Positions 9,855 to 19,705 are shown, numbered from the stretch's first letter. The stretch is DNA of 64,000 nucleotides from Rhodoplanes tepidamans (GCF_030813915.1 NZ_JAUSUJ010000023.1:46823-110822); one strand, 5' to 3'. Program-made: numbers and translations. The notes: generated by a model from the sequence alone, not told the origin.

Positions 9855-9998
9855 GCGAGGGCTTTGCATAGTCCGGTCATTCCGGGCCGGCGCGGAGCGC
9901 CGGACCCGGAATCCAGCCCAGAATGCCGAGTTCGGAGCTGGATTCCGGGTTCGCGCCTTCGGCGCGCCCCGGAATGACCGGATTATGCAAAGCCCTCG
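9855..9998. repeat. Imperfect palindromic MITE/REP-like element of about 140 bp (gggctttgcatagtccggtcattccggg...cccggaatgaccggattatgcaaagccc)
   Basis: The left arm is the near reverse complement of the right arm; a partial copy lies at 13040-13100. Confidence 0.7.
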
Positions 9999-10517
9999 CG
10001 AAGGCGGAGCACCCAGAGCGCCGCAGCGTTTAGGGACCCGTCGCCGCACCGGTGGAGACCGGGTGCGTCGACCGAGCAGGCGAACGAACGACAGCCGTCC
10101 GGCCGCGCCGACGGCCGCTCCGGCCCCCGCGGCTTCGGCCTGCGAAAAATTTCGCGGGGTGATGGAACCAACCGCGCGGTCGCCGGTTGTCGGGGTGACG
10201 AGTTGCTGGTCCCCTTGCCCCCCTTCCCCCCAGCACCGCGTCGCGCAGATGGCCGCCGGGGCCACCAGGCCGGCAGGCACAGAGGGCCGCCCGTGTCACC
10301 GGGCGGCCCTTTTGCGTTTCGCGGGTCGGTTCGTCTCAGGCTTTTCTGGTTCGACGGTGCGTTCAGGCGCGATTCAGGCGGCGCCGACCGCGTGCATCGG
10401 CCTCGCCCCTGACCTCACCCCTCATGGCGAGGAGCGCTCCGCAGGAGCGCGTCTCGAACCATGAGGCCACCGCCGTCGCCGGCGGACACGCCCGTGCGCC
10501 GTCGCCGGCGGCGCCGC

Positions 10518-10928
10518 TCACCAGCGGCGCCAGTTCCACCACGGATCGCGCCAGCCGTAGGACCAGCCGGTGTCGGCCGCCTGCCAGCCCCACGGCGTGC
10601 CGACGAACGGCTCGCGCGCGAAGCAGCAGCCCTGGTAATAGCCCCAATAGGCCGGCGCCACCCGCGGCGCATAAGCGAGCGGCGGATAATAGGTCGGCGG
10701 ATAGTATCGCGGCGCATAGTAGACCGGTGCCGGCCGGTACTGCGTCGGGGCGAAGCCCGGCGCGTAATAGACCGTGGCGTAGCCGCCCGAGTTCGGGCCG
10801 CAGCCCCAGCACCGCCCGCTCCAGCTCCCCGCCCCGGCGTCCGCCGTCAGGCCGACGACGCCTGCGGCGAGAGCGGCCGCCGTAACGATCGCATTCGAAC
10901 GCGCAGTCAGACGCGACATGGAAAGCAC
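10518..10928 (-). CDS. Small secreted Tyr/Pro/Trp-rich cysteine-containing protein of unknown function
   Basis: Signal peptide; YYAP/YYPP repeats; CWGC and CC motifs; Trp-rich C-terminus. Confidence 0.55.
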   Translation of the reverse strand: MLSMSRLTARSNAIVTAAALAAGVVGLTADAGAGSWSGRCWGCGPNSGGYATVYYAPGFAPTQYRPAPVYYAPRYYPPTYYPPLAYAPRVAPAYWGYYQGCCFAREPFVGTPWGWQAADTGWSYGWRDPWWNWRRW

Positions 10929-11272
10929 TCCCTTCGACGCACGTGGTCACACGCGACGCTTCGGCCGGGGCGCACCGGGCGAGGCCGGGCCGGCGCCGTC
11001 TTCTTCAGGTTCTCGACGACGTGATAACGCGCAGGCGTGAAGGCGCGCCTACCGGCGCCGCTCGGGACGGGAGATCGGCCACCGACTTCGCCGCGGAGTT
11101 AACGCCGCACCTGCCCGACCCGGCGAAACGTCCGGTCGCCGCAAAGAGTCCGTCAACGCCTCGAGATCGCGACGTCAGAGATCGCGATGTCGCGAGGCCT
11201 CGACGTCGCGCCGACAGCCGGCCGGGCGGCACGGCCGGAGCGGGCGCACGACGGCCGCGCGCCCGCACGCCG

Positions 11273-11596
11273 TCAGTAGCAGGGCGGATAGGGGTAGTAG
11301 CCGCATTGCGGCGCGTAGTAGCCGTAACCATAAGGATAGGCGCCGTAGGCCGCCGCCGCGCCGACCGCCGCGGCCCCGACGGCCGCCGCACCGACCCCGC
11401 GCCGCACATAGGCGCCGCGGTACGGCCCGCCATAGTACCCGCCGCGATAGACCCCGCCGCCGCGATAGACGGCCACGCCGCCGCGCGGCCCGACATAGAC
11501 GCCGCGCCCGCGCGCGTCGGCCTCGGTCGGAAGGCTGGTGGCGAGCAGAAGGCCAGCGCAGCCGGCGACCGCCAGCGACAGGATGGATTTCCGCAT
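11273..11596 (-). CDS. Small secreted Gly/Tyr-rich protein with a C-terminal Cys pair
   Basis: AGGAG Shine-Dalgarno 8 nt upstream; signal peptide MRKSILSLAVAGCAGLLLATSLPTEA; GGYYGG/YGY repeats; QCGYYPYPPCY tail. Confidence 0.55.
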   Translation of the reverse strand: MRKSILSLAVAGCAGLLLATSLPTEADARGRGVYVGPRGGVAVYRGGGVYRGGYYGGPYRGAYVRRGVGAAAVGAAAVGAAAAYGAYPYGYGYYAPQCGYYPYPPCY

Positions 11597-11840
11597 CTCA
11601 CGCTCCTGATGTCGCCCGTCCGGCCGTCCCCGCGGCCGCCGGGCCGAGACACCCCTCGACGGGAGCCGACCACGCCCACCCTCGGTAGTAAAGTAACGCC
11701 CGCGCGAGCACGGGCGGAAAGCCATGCGGTGCCAAATGGATGATTACGCGCGCTGTGGGGCGGGCCGAGGCGGACCTCGGCGGGGCGACGCAGTCGAGAG
11801 AGCGCGGCCCGCGAACGCCGCCGGCCCGGTCCGGCGGTCG

Positions 11841-12371
11841 TCAGGCGACCCATTCCCGTCGAAGGATGGCGTACTGCATCGTGTTCTCGAACACCGGCGC
11901 GCCGTCGGCGTCGGTCGTGAACGACACGAACTCGACGAACAGTCCCTCTCTCCTCATGCCCAGCCGTTCGCACAGGCGCTGCGACGCGACGTTGCCCTCC
12001 TCCACATAGGCGTAGAGGCGCCGGGCCTGCTTCACCGCGAACAGATGCGCGAAGAGCGCCCGCGCGGCCTCGAAGGCGAACCCGGCACCGCCGAAGTCCG
12101 CGTTGAAGTTCCAGCCGACCGTATAGGTGTCGGGAGGCTCCGGGACGCAGAACAGATCGCCGATCAGCCTGTCGCCGCTGCGTACGCACACCGCGACGTG
12201 CTCGTCGCTCCGGCTGCGCCTGTCCACCTCCGCCTCGGCGGCGCCGAGATCGTCCAGCCTGAGCGAGAGGAAGCAGCTCGCCCTGGGCCGGCGCAGATAG
12301 GCGAGCAGGTCGGGCGCGTCTCCGGTCCTGAAGTTTCTCAGGATCAGCCGGTCGGTCTCGATCGCGTCCAT
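11841..12371 (-). CDS. GNAT-family N-acetyltransferase (RimJ/RimL-like)
   Basis: TDRLILRNFRTGDAPDLLAYL...NVASQRLCERLGMRREG. Confidence 0.8.
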   Translation of the reverse strand: MDAIETDRLILRNFRTGDAPDLLAYLRRPRASCFLSLRLDDLGAAEAEVDRRSRSDEHVAVCVRSGDRLIGDLFCVPEPPDTYTVGWNFNADFGGAGFAFEAARALFAHLFAVKQARRLYAYVEEGNVASQRLCERLGMRREGLFVEFVSFTTDADGAPVFENTMQYAILRREWVA

Positions 12372-12754
12372 TCGACGTCTCCGTCGGTCGTCCTTTCCGA
12401 AGGCGCGCAGTCCCGCGCTTCGCTCGACCGGGTGATCGCGCGCCGCCGGCTGGCCGCTGTGACGGCCCCGTCGTAGCCCGGGTGGAGCGCGAGCGACACC
12501 CGGGGTCGGGAGCCCGGGCGACAAAGCCCCGGAATTCGGTTCGCACGTCGAGGCGACGAGAAAGCCGGGGCTATGGCTGCCTCGGCGCCTAAAATGGGTC
12601 GAGCCGAAGGCAAAACCCATCACCTTCCCGCGTCTTGAAGGGCGAGGGCGGCCTCATGGTTCGAGACGCGGCCTGCGGCCGCTCCTCACCATGAGGGGTG
12701 AGTCAAAGCAACCACGCGGCGGCATGAGCGGTCACGGAAAGGGCTTTCATGGGC

Positions 12755-12841
12755 TGGTGCGGACGGCGGGACTCGAACCCGCACGAGGTTTCCCCCAGCG
12801 GATTTTAAGTCCGCTGCGTCTACCGGTTCCGCCACGTCCGC
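12755..12841 (-). tRNA. tRNA-Leu (anticodon TAA)
   Basis: Reverse complement GCGGACGUGGCGGAACCGGUAGACGCAGCGGACUUAAAAUCCGC...GCGGGUUCGAGUCCCGCCGUCCGCACCA; long variable arm; CCA encoded. Confidence 0.85.
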
Positions 12842-13039
12842 GAGCGCCGGCAATCTAGCAAGGAGGGGCGGCGGTGCAACCGCGCAGTGCCGGCGCGGCG
12901 GGGCCGCTCCGAGACGTCTCCGCCGCGGTCCTTCGACGGCCGCCCTGTCCCGCGCGCCACCCCATCCTGGACCGGCCTGGTCAGGCGCCTGGCCGTTCCG
13001 GGCTCGAGCGACAGCGCGCGAGCCCGGAAAGCGGCACGC

Positions 13040-13100
13040 CCGAGGTCCGGGCTGGATTCCGGGTTCGCGAGCCTTCGGCTCGCGCCCCGGCATGACGGCG
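13040..13100. repeat. Partial copy of the palindromic element family (gggctggattccgggttcgcg...cgcgccccggcatgacgg)
   Basis: Matches the right half of the 9855-9998 element. Confidence 0.5.
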
Positions 13101-13188
13101 AACCGGTCACGCGATCCGGCATCAGGCGACGGTGGAAAGCCCGGGCGAATCCGTCCTCGAACCGAGCGGCGCCGACCGGGCCCCTCCT

Positions 13189-13773
13189 CTACTTCGCCTT
13201 GCCCTTGCCGGGCTTGTCCTTCTTCGGGGCGTCGGCGGGCTCCGACGGCTCGCGCCCGGGCTCGTCCGTCCCCTTCCCGGCCTCCTCGGACTCGTCGTCG
13301 TCCTCGGAGTCGTCGTCCTCATCCTCGGAGTCGTCATCGTCGTCGTCGAGGTCGTCATCGTCGAGGTCGTCGTCGGCCTCCTCGTCGGTGTCCTCCTCGC
13401 CGTCGTCGTCCTCGTCGAGCGACTCGAGCTCCTCCTGGAGGCGGTCCTTGGCCTCGGTCATCGCCTCCTGCATGCCGGCGATGAACTCCTCGGCCTCCTG
13501 CTTGTGGCGGCGCACCGCCGACTCGAGGTCGGTCTTGTAGCGGTCGAGCATCATCTTGAGGCCGCCGACCGAGGGCTTCTCGGTGTCGAGCACATAGGCG
13601 ACCTTGCGCATCTCCAGCGCGAGGTCGCTCAGCAGCGCGGCGATGATCTCGTCGGGAACGTCGTTCTCGTCGATGTAGTCGTAGACGAAGCGGCGCAGCG
13701 CCTCGTAGTGGCGGTCGAGCTCCTCCTCGATGCCGTCGTCGTCCTCGAAGTCGTCGTCCTGCCGGCCACTCAT
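13189..13773 (-). CDS. Highly acidic hypothetical protein: structured N-terminal domain, poly-Asp/Glu tract and Lys-rich C-terminal tail
   Basis: GGGAGGA Shine-Dalgarno 16 nt after the gpt stop; N-terminus is non-repetitive; plus-strand ORFs over the same DNA are Ser/Arg-repeat artefacts. Confidence 0.6.
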   Translation of the reverse strand: MSGRQDDDFEDDDGIEEELDRHYEALRRFVYDYIDENDVPDEIIAALLSDLALEMRKVAYVLDTEKPSVGGLKMMLDRYKTDLESAVRRHKQEAEEFIAGMQEAMTEAKDRLQEELESLDEDDDGEEDTDEEADDDLDDDDLDDDDDDSEDEDDDSEDDDESEEAGKGTDEPGREPSEPADAPKKDKPGKGKAK

Positions 13774-13789
13774 GTCAGGTCCTCCCGGC

Positions 13790-14311
13790 TCACGCGCCAC
13801 CGGCGATCGGCGGCTGGAAGGCGAGTCCGGTATCCCACGGAAAGAAGATCCAGGTGTCCTGGGACACCTCGGTGATGAAGGTGTCGACCAGGGGCCGCCC
13901 CATCGGCTTGGCGTAGACGGTGGCGAAATGCGCCTTGGGGAGCAAGTCGCGTACCACCCGGGCGGTCTTGCCGGTGTCGACCAGATCGTCGACGATCAGC
14001 ACCCGGCCGCCGTCGCCGCGGCCGAGCTTGACGATCTCGGCGGCCACGCTCTTGAGGATCTGCAGGCTGCCCTGCTGGGTGTCGGGCACGCCGGCGGCGC
14101 CGCCGTAGCTCGCCACGCAGATCGTCTCGATCACCCGGATGCCGAGCTCGCGGGCGACGATGGCGGCCGGGACGAGGCCGCCGCGCGTCACCGTGACGAG
14201 GGCGTCGAACGGCCCCTGCCCGGCCAGCCGCCAGGTCAGCGCCCGGCAGTCGCGGTGGAACATGTCCCAGGACACCGGGAAGTGCTTTTCGGGGGTCGCG
14301 GCCGCGGCCAT
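13790..14311 (-). CDS. gpt: Xanthine-guanine phosphoribosyltransferase
   Basis: [33 protein letters not shown]; 173 aa. Confidence 0.9.
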   Translation of the reverse strand: MAAAATPEKHFPVSWDMFHRDCRALTWRLAGQGPFDALVTVTRGGLVPAAIVARELGIRVIETICVASYGGAAGVPDTQQGSLQILKSVAAEIVKLGRGDGGRVLIVDDLVDTGKTARVVRDLLPKAHFATVYAKPMGRPLVDTFITEVSQDTWIFFPWDTGLAFQPPIAGGA

Positions 14312-14419
14312 GGGGTCTCTCCAGAACAGAAAGCACGCGGCCCGTCCGGCGGACGGTGCGTGCGTCGTTGTCGTGTCGGGGCCCGGCCCGGCCGCAGCCG
14401 GTCCGGGACGCCCGGCGAA

Positions 14420-15214
14420 TTACCGCGGCGCCGCCGCGAGCGCGGCGCGCACCTTCACCAGCATCTCCTCGACCGCCGCCGTCGCCGCCGCGAGCCGCGC
14501 GGGGTCGCGGGCGCGCACCACCAGGCTGGTGTTGGGGCCGCCGGTCTCGTCGGTGAACGGGTAGCTGCCGATCATCACGTCGGGGTGCTGCTTCGCCACC
14601 AGCCCGAGCTCGGTGCCGATGTCGCCCTCGCGCAGGTCCGCCCGCACCGAGGCGGACAGGAGCTTGACCCCGGTCTTGAGCTTCGGCGCGACGCCGTCGA
14701 GCATCGCCTGCATGACGCTCGGGATGCCGGCCATGACGATCACGTTGCCGATCCAGAAGCCGGGCGCCTTCGACACCGGGTTGTCGACCAGGTCGGCGCC
14801 GCGCGGGATGCGGGCCATGCGCAGGCGCGCCGCGTTGAGGCCGTCGCGGCCGACCCGCTCGGCGATCAGGTCGACGGCGCGCGGGTCGACGTCAAGCGGC
14901 ACCCCGAACGCCTTGGCGACCGCGTCGGCCGTGATGTCGTCGTGGGTCGGGCCGATGCCGCCGGTGGTGAACACATAGGTCCAGCGGTGCCGCAGGGCGT
15001 CGAGCGCGGCGACGATGTCGGCCTCGACGTCGGAGACGACCCGCACCTCCTTGAGGTCGATGCCGATCGCCGTCAGGTACTCGGCGATGTAGCCGATGTT
15101 CTTGTCCTTGGTCCGGCCCGACAGGATCTCGTCGCCGATCACCAGAAGGCCGGCCGTCACCACGGCGCTCGGGGCATCCCCGAAGGCGGCGGAATCGGTC
15201 GTCTTTTCGTTCAT
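14420..15214 (-). CDS. CinA-like competence/damage-inducible protein (molybdopterin-binding N-terminal domain only)
   Basis: GLLVIGDEILSGRTKDKN...FTTGGIGPTHDDIT. Confidence 0.8.
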   Translation of the reverse strand: MNEKTTDSAAFGDAPSAVVTAGLLVIGDEILSGRTKDKNIGYIAEYLTAIGIDLKEVRVVSDVEADIVAALDALRHRWTYVFTTGGIGPTHDDITADAVAKAFGVPLDVDPRAVDLIAERVGRDGLNAARLRMARIPRGADLVDNPVSKAPGFWIGNVIVMAGIPSVMQAMLDGVAPKLKTGVKLLSASVRADLREGDIGTELGLVAKQHPDVMIGSYPFTDETGGPNTSLVVRARDPARLAAATAAVEEMLVKVRAALAAAPR

Positions 15215-15482
15215 TCTGCAACTCCGGCGTCGCTGTCCTGTATCCCGACCGCGAGGACCGCTCAAGCGCGCCGGACGCGGATCTCGGCCGCATCCACCGG
15301 CGATCGCCCGGTAAGTCGCCACCGCATGCCCAATCCTTGGGCGGCGCGTGCGCCGGGCTGCGACACTGCCTCATCCGGCGGCGGGTCGACGGGGTTGTCG
15401 TCGCATGGAACAGTGGCTCGATGCTTGCATCGAGTCGGCCGTGGGGCATCCGCCTCCGGTCGGATGCCGTCGGGGGCCAGTC

Positions 15483-16901
15483 ATGGCGGATTGTTTCGAC
15501 GAGATGAAGGGGACGGACGGGACCATCCGTCCCGCCTATGCCGGGCTCGACGCCTGGCTCCGCGACCTGTCGCCGGACCTCATCGACCAGCGCTGCCAGG
15601 AGGCGGAGCTGCTGTTCCGGCGCATCGGCATCACCTTCGCGGTCTATGGCGAGGCGGATTCGACCGAGCGGCTGATCCCGTTCGACGTCATCCCGCGCAT
15701 CCTGTCGTCGTCGGAATGGGCGCTGCTGCAGCGCGGCCTGACCCAGCGGGTCAAGGCCATCAACATGTACCTGAAGGACATCTACGGCCGCCGCGAGATC
15801 CTCAAGGCGGGCATCATCCCGGTCGACCTGGTGTTCCAGAACCAGGTGTTCCGGCCCGAGATGAACGCCCAGAAGGTGCCGCACGACGTCTACGTCCACA
15901 TCGCCGGCATCGACATCGTCCGGGTCGGGCCGGACACCTTCTACGTCCTCGAGGACAATGCCCGCACGCCCTCCGGCGTCTCCTACATGCTGGAGAACCG
16001 CGAGATCATGATGCGGCTGTTCCCGGACCTGTTCTCGCGCTACCGGGTCGCCCCGGTCGAGAACTATCCGGACGAGCTGCTGGCGACCCTGAAGTCGGTC
16101 GCGCCCGACACCGCCGCGGCCGACCCGAATGTCGTGCTGCTGACGCCCGGCATCTACAACTCGGCGTATTTCGAACACTCGTTCCTGGCCGACAAGCTCG
16201 GCATCGAGCTGGTCGAGGGGCGCGACCTGCTGGTCAAGGGCGGCGTCGTCTACATGCGCACCACCGAGGGGCCGAAGCGGGTCGACGTCATCTACCGGCG
16301 GGTCGACGACGACTTCCTCGATCCCCTCGCCTTCCGGCCCGATTCGACGCTCGGCGTGCCCGGGCTGATGTCGGCCTACCAGGCCGGCCAGGTGACGCTC
16401 GCCAACGCGGTCGGCACCGGTATCGCCGACGACAAGGCGATCTACAGCTACATGCCGGAGATCGTGAAGTTCTACCTCGCCGAGGAGCCGATCCTGCGCA
16501 ACGTGCCGACCTGGCGCTGCCGCGAGCCCAAGGACCTCGCCTACGTGCTGGAGCATCTCGACGAGCTGGTGGTCAAGGAGGTGCACGGCTCGGGCGGCTA
16601 CGGCATGCTGATCGGCCCGACCGCCGACAAGGGCAAGATCGCCGCGTTCCGCACCCGGATCGAGGCCGATCCCAAGAACTACATCGCCCAGCCGACGCTG
16701 GCGCTGTCCACCTGCCCGACCTGGGTCGAGCGGGGGGTGGCGCCGCGCCACATCGATCTGCGCCCGTTCGTGCTGACCGGCAAGGACACGGTCCGCATCG
16801 TGCCGGGCGGGCTGACGCGGGTCGCGCTGCAGCGCGGCTCGCTGGTGGTCAATTCCAGCCAGGGGGGCGGCACCAAGGACACCTGGGTGCTGGACACGTA
16901 A
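15483..16901 (+). CDS. Circularly permuted ATP-grasp protein (DUF404/DUF407); first gene of the Anbu operon
   Basis: 472 aa colinear with the family; immediately followed by the alpha-E gene. Confidence 0.85.
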   Translation: MADCFDEMKGTDGTIRPAYAGLDAWLRDLSPDLIDQRCQEAELLFRRIGITFAVYGEADSTERLIPFDVIPRILSSSEWALLQRGLTQRVKAINMYLKDIYGRREILKAGIIPVDLVFQNQVFRPEMNAQKVPHDVYVHIAGIDIVRVGPDTFYVLEDNARTPSGVSYMLENREIMMRLFPDLFSRYRVAPVENYPDELLATLKSVAPDTAAADPNVVLLTPGIYNSAYFEHSFLADKLGIELVEGRDLLVKGGVVYMRTTEGPKRVDVIYRRVDDDFLDPLAFRPDSTLGVPGLMSAYQAGQVTLANAVGTGIADDKAIYSYMPEIVKFYLAEEPILRNVPTWRCREPKDLAYVLEHLDELVVKEVHGSGGYGMLIGPTADKGKIAAFRTRIEADPKNYIAQPTLALSTCPTWVERGVAPRHIDLRPFVLTGKDTVRIVPGGLTRVALQRGSLVVNSSQGGGTKDTWVLDT

Positions 16902-16905
16902 CCAC

Positions 16906-17847
16906 ATGCTGTCGCGAACCGCCGACAACCTCTACTGGGTCGCCCGCTACGTCGAGCGGGCCGACTATCTGGCCCGCATCCTGGAGGTGACGCTGCGCCT
17001 CACCGCGCTGCCGCTCGCCTATGTGGGATCGACCAACGAATGGGAGTCGGCGGTCGCCACCGCCGGCTGCAGCCGCTCCTTCCACGCCGCCTATCCCGAG
17101 GCGGACGAGGACAACGTCAAGGACTTCCTCGCCTTCTCGTCGGCCAATCCGAGCTCGATCTGCAACTGCATCGAGCTCGCCCGCACCAATGCGCGGGCGG
17201 TGCGCACCGCGCTCACCAGCGAGATGTGGGACGTGATCAACGGCGCCTGGCTGGAGCTCAAGCGCTTCAACAACGCGCCCGGCTCGCGCGAGGAGTTCCT
17301 GCGCTTCCTGCGCTTCGTGCAGGAGACCTCGCTGCGCTTCGACGGCTCGGCCTACCGCACCATGCTGCGCACCGACGCCTACTGGTTCTTCCGGCTCGGC
17401 TGCAACATCGAGCGCGCCGACAACACGGCCCGCATCCTCGACACCAAGTACCACCTGCTGCTGCCCGAGGACACGCATGTGGGCGGGCCGCTCGACTACT
17501 ACCAGTGGGCGGCGATCCTGCGCTCGGTCTCGGCGCTGACCTCCTACCACTGGGTCTACCGCGAGAGCCTGAAGCCCTGGCTGATCGCCGACCTCTTGAT
17601 TCTCAACCAAAAGATGCCGCGGTCGCTCGCCAGCTGCTACGACAATCTGGTACGCTACTGCGACGACATCGCCGAGGCCTACGGCCGGCAGGGGGCGGCG
17701 CAGCGCAAGGCGCGCGGCATCCGGACCCGGCTCTCCAACCTCAAGATGGACGAGATCTTCCAGAGCGGACTGCACGAGTTCATCACCGAATTCATCTCCG
17801 ACAACAACGAGCTCGGCGGCACCATTTCGCGTCAGTACCTGATGTGA
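16906..17847 (+). CDS. Alpha-E domain protein (DUF403)
   Basis: MLSRTADNLYWVARYVERADYLARILEV is the family N-terminus. Confidence 0.85.
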   Translation: MLSRTADNLYWVARYVERADYLARILEVTLRLTALPLAYVGSTNEWESAVATAGCSRSFHAAYPEADEDNVKDFLAFSSANPSSICNCIELARTNARAVRTALTSEMWDVINGAWLELKRFNNAPGSREEFLRFLRFVQETSLRFDGSAYRTMLRTDAYWFFRLGCNIERADNTARILDTKYHLLLPEDTHVGGPLDYYQWAAILRSVSALTSYHWVYRESLKPWLIADLLILNQKMPRSLASCYDNLVRYCDDIAEAYGRQGAAQRKARGIRTRLSNLKMDEIFQSGLHEFITEFISDNNELGGTISRQYLM

Positions 17848-17873
17848 CCGCCGCCGCCGCCACCGGCAGACCC

Positions 17874-18701
17874 ATGCGCATCCGCGTCTCCCATCTGACG
17901 ACCTACCGCTACGACTCGCCCGCGAGCCGAGTGATCCAGACGCTGCGCATGACGCCGCGGCCGCACGACGGCCAGCACGTCGTGCGCTGGCGCATCGACG
18001 TCTCGGCCGACTGCCGGCTCACCACCCAGGAGGACGCGTTCGGCAACATCACCCACTCGTTCTCGGACGACGTGCCGACCGACCACCTCGAGGTGCTGGT
18101 CGAGGGCGAGGTGGAGACCCAGGACACCAACGGCCTCGTCCGCGGCACCATCGAGCGCTTCCCGCCGAGCCTCTATCTGCGCGAGACCGACCTGACCCGC
18201 GCCGATCCGGCGATTCTCGCCTTCGCGCGGGCGGTCGCCGACGCCGAGCCGGACGACGCCCTGGCGCGGCTGCACGGCCTGGTGCGGGCCGTCTATGCCG
18301 AGGTGACGTTCGACACCGACCCGACCCATCCGGCCACCACGGCGTCCGAGGCGTTCAGCCTCAAGCGCGGCGTCTGCCAGGACCTCTCCCACGTGTTCAT
18401 CGCGGCGGCGCGCAGCCTCGGCGTCCCGTGCCGCTATGTCGGCGGCTACTACTGGCGCAGCGACGGCATCACGGCCCAGGAGGCCGGCCACGCCTGGGTC
18501 GAGGCCCACGTGCCGGATCTCGGCTGGGTCGCCTTCGACCCCACCCATGCGATGTGCGCCACCGACGCCTATGTGCGGGTCGCGGTGGGCCTCGACTATC
18601 TCGGCGCCGCGCCGGTGCGCGGCACCCGGTTCGGCGGCCGCGGCGAGACCCTCGAGGTCGCGGTCCATGTCGGCCAGGCCTTCCAGCAGGTACAGAGCTG
18701 A
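17874..18701 (+). CDS. Transglutaminase-family protein (Bact_transglu_N plus TGase core)
   Basis: MRIRVSHLTTYRYDSPASR N-terminus; catalytic region GVCQDLSHVF...GHAWVEAHVPDLGWVAFDPTH; an in-frame GTG at 17844 is an alternative start. Confidence 0.85.
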   Translation: MRIRVSHLTTYRYDSPASRVIQTLRMTPRPHDGQHVVRWRIDVSADCRLTTQEDAFGNITHSFSDDVPTDHLEVLVEGEVETQDTNGLVRGTIERFPPSLYLRETDLTRADPAILAFARAVADAEPDDALARLHGLVRAVYAEVTFDTDPTHPATTASEAFSLKRGVCQDLSHVFIAAARSLGVPCRYVGGYYWRSDGITAQEAGHAWVEAHVPDLGWVAFDPTHAMCATDAYVRVAVGLDYLGAAPVRGTRFGGRGETLEVAVHVGQAFQQVQS

Positions 18702-18774
18702 GGACAGCGGGACCGCGGCCCGTGACGGCGGCACCGGATCGTGCATTGATGCGCGCCGGATCAGGGAGGAACGG

Positions 18775-19587
18775 ATGTTGCGGGCCGAACAGCGCCGTGT
18801 CGTGGTGCCCCGCAGCCGCGATTCGAGGGGGCTCGACGGAATGACCTACTGCTGCGGGATCCTGGTGCGCGACGGGCTCGTGATGATCGCCGACACGCGC
18901 ACCAATGCCGGCCTCGACAACATCTCGACCTTCCGCAAGCTGCACGTGTTCTCCAGCCCGGGCGAGCGCATCATGGCGGTCGCCTCGGCCGGCAACCTGT
19001 CGCTGACCCAGTCGGTGCTGAGCATCCTCAACGAGGGCCTGGAGAACCCGGAGACCGGCGAGCGCGAGACGCTGATGAACGCGCCGACCATGTTCCAGGC
19101 GGCGCAGCGCATCGGCCGCGCCATCCGCTCGCTCGCCCGCACCGAGGGCCCGGCGCTCGAGGCGGCCGACGTCAAGTTCGACCTGTCCTTCCTGTTCGGC
19201 GGCCAGATCAGGGGCGAACGGACACGCCTGTTCATGATGTACTCGGCCGGCAACTTCATCGAGTGCACGCGCGACACGCCCTATCTGCAGATCGGCGAGC
19301 ACAAGTACGGCAAGCCGGTGCTCGACCGCGCCGTCACCCACGACACCGACCTCTACGACGCGCTCAAGGTGGGGCTGATCTCGTTCGATTCGACGATGCG
19401 CTCGAACCTGTCGGTCGGCATGCCGCTCGACGTCCTGGTGGTGCGCCGCGACGCCTGCGTGGCCGAGCTCTCCTACCGGATCGAGCCGGAGGAGCCCTAC
19501 TTCCAGGACCTGCGCCGGCGCTGGTCGGCGGCGCTGCGCGCCGCCCATCTCGACATTCCGCCCCCGCCCTATCAGCAGAAGACCTAG
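18775..19587 (+). CDS. Anbu (ancestral beta-subunit) proteasome-type Ntn-hydrolase peptidase
   Basis: GGAGGA Shine-Dalgarno 5 nt upstream; TYCCGILVRDGLVMIADTRTNAG carries the conserved Thr; alternative start at 18841 (MTYCC). Confidence 0.85.
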   Translation: MLRAEQRRVVVPRSRDSRGLDGMTYCCGILVRDGLVMIADTRTNAGLDNISTFRKLHVFSSPGERIMAVASAGNLSLTQSVLSILNEGLENPETGERETLMNAPTMFQAAQRIGRAIRSLARTEGPALEAADVKFDLSFLFGGQIRGERTRLFMMYSAGNFIECTRDTPYLQIGEHKYGKPVLDRAVTHDTDLYDALKVGLISFDSTMRSNLSVGMPLDVLVVRRDACVAELSYRIEPEEPYFQDLRRRWSAALRAAHLDIPPPPYQQKT

Positions 19588-19705
19588 GCCGGCAGGCTCC
19601 GGGCCTGCCTCCCGCCGTCTCGGCGCATGCCGGCCGTGACGGCGATCCGCCGGAGGACCGTCATCGGAGGGGCGACGGCCGTGAGGCCGGTGCGCAGCCG
19701 TCGCG

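Noticed and set aside
12887-13875. Plus-strand ORFs encoding poly-Ser (12887-13540), poly-Arg (13092-13484) and poly-Val/Leu (13132-13875) tracts
   Set aside because: They mirror the GAC/GAG repeat of the minus-strand acidic protein. The minus-strand frame has an SD, a structured N-terminus and operon context.
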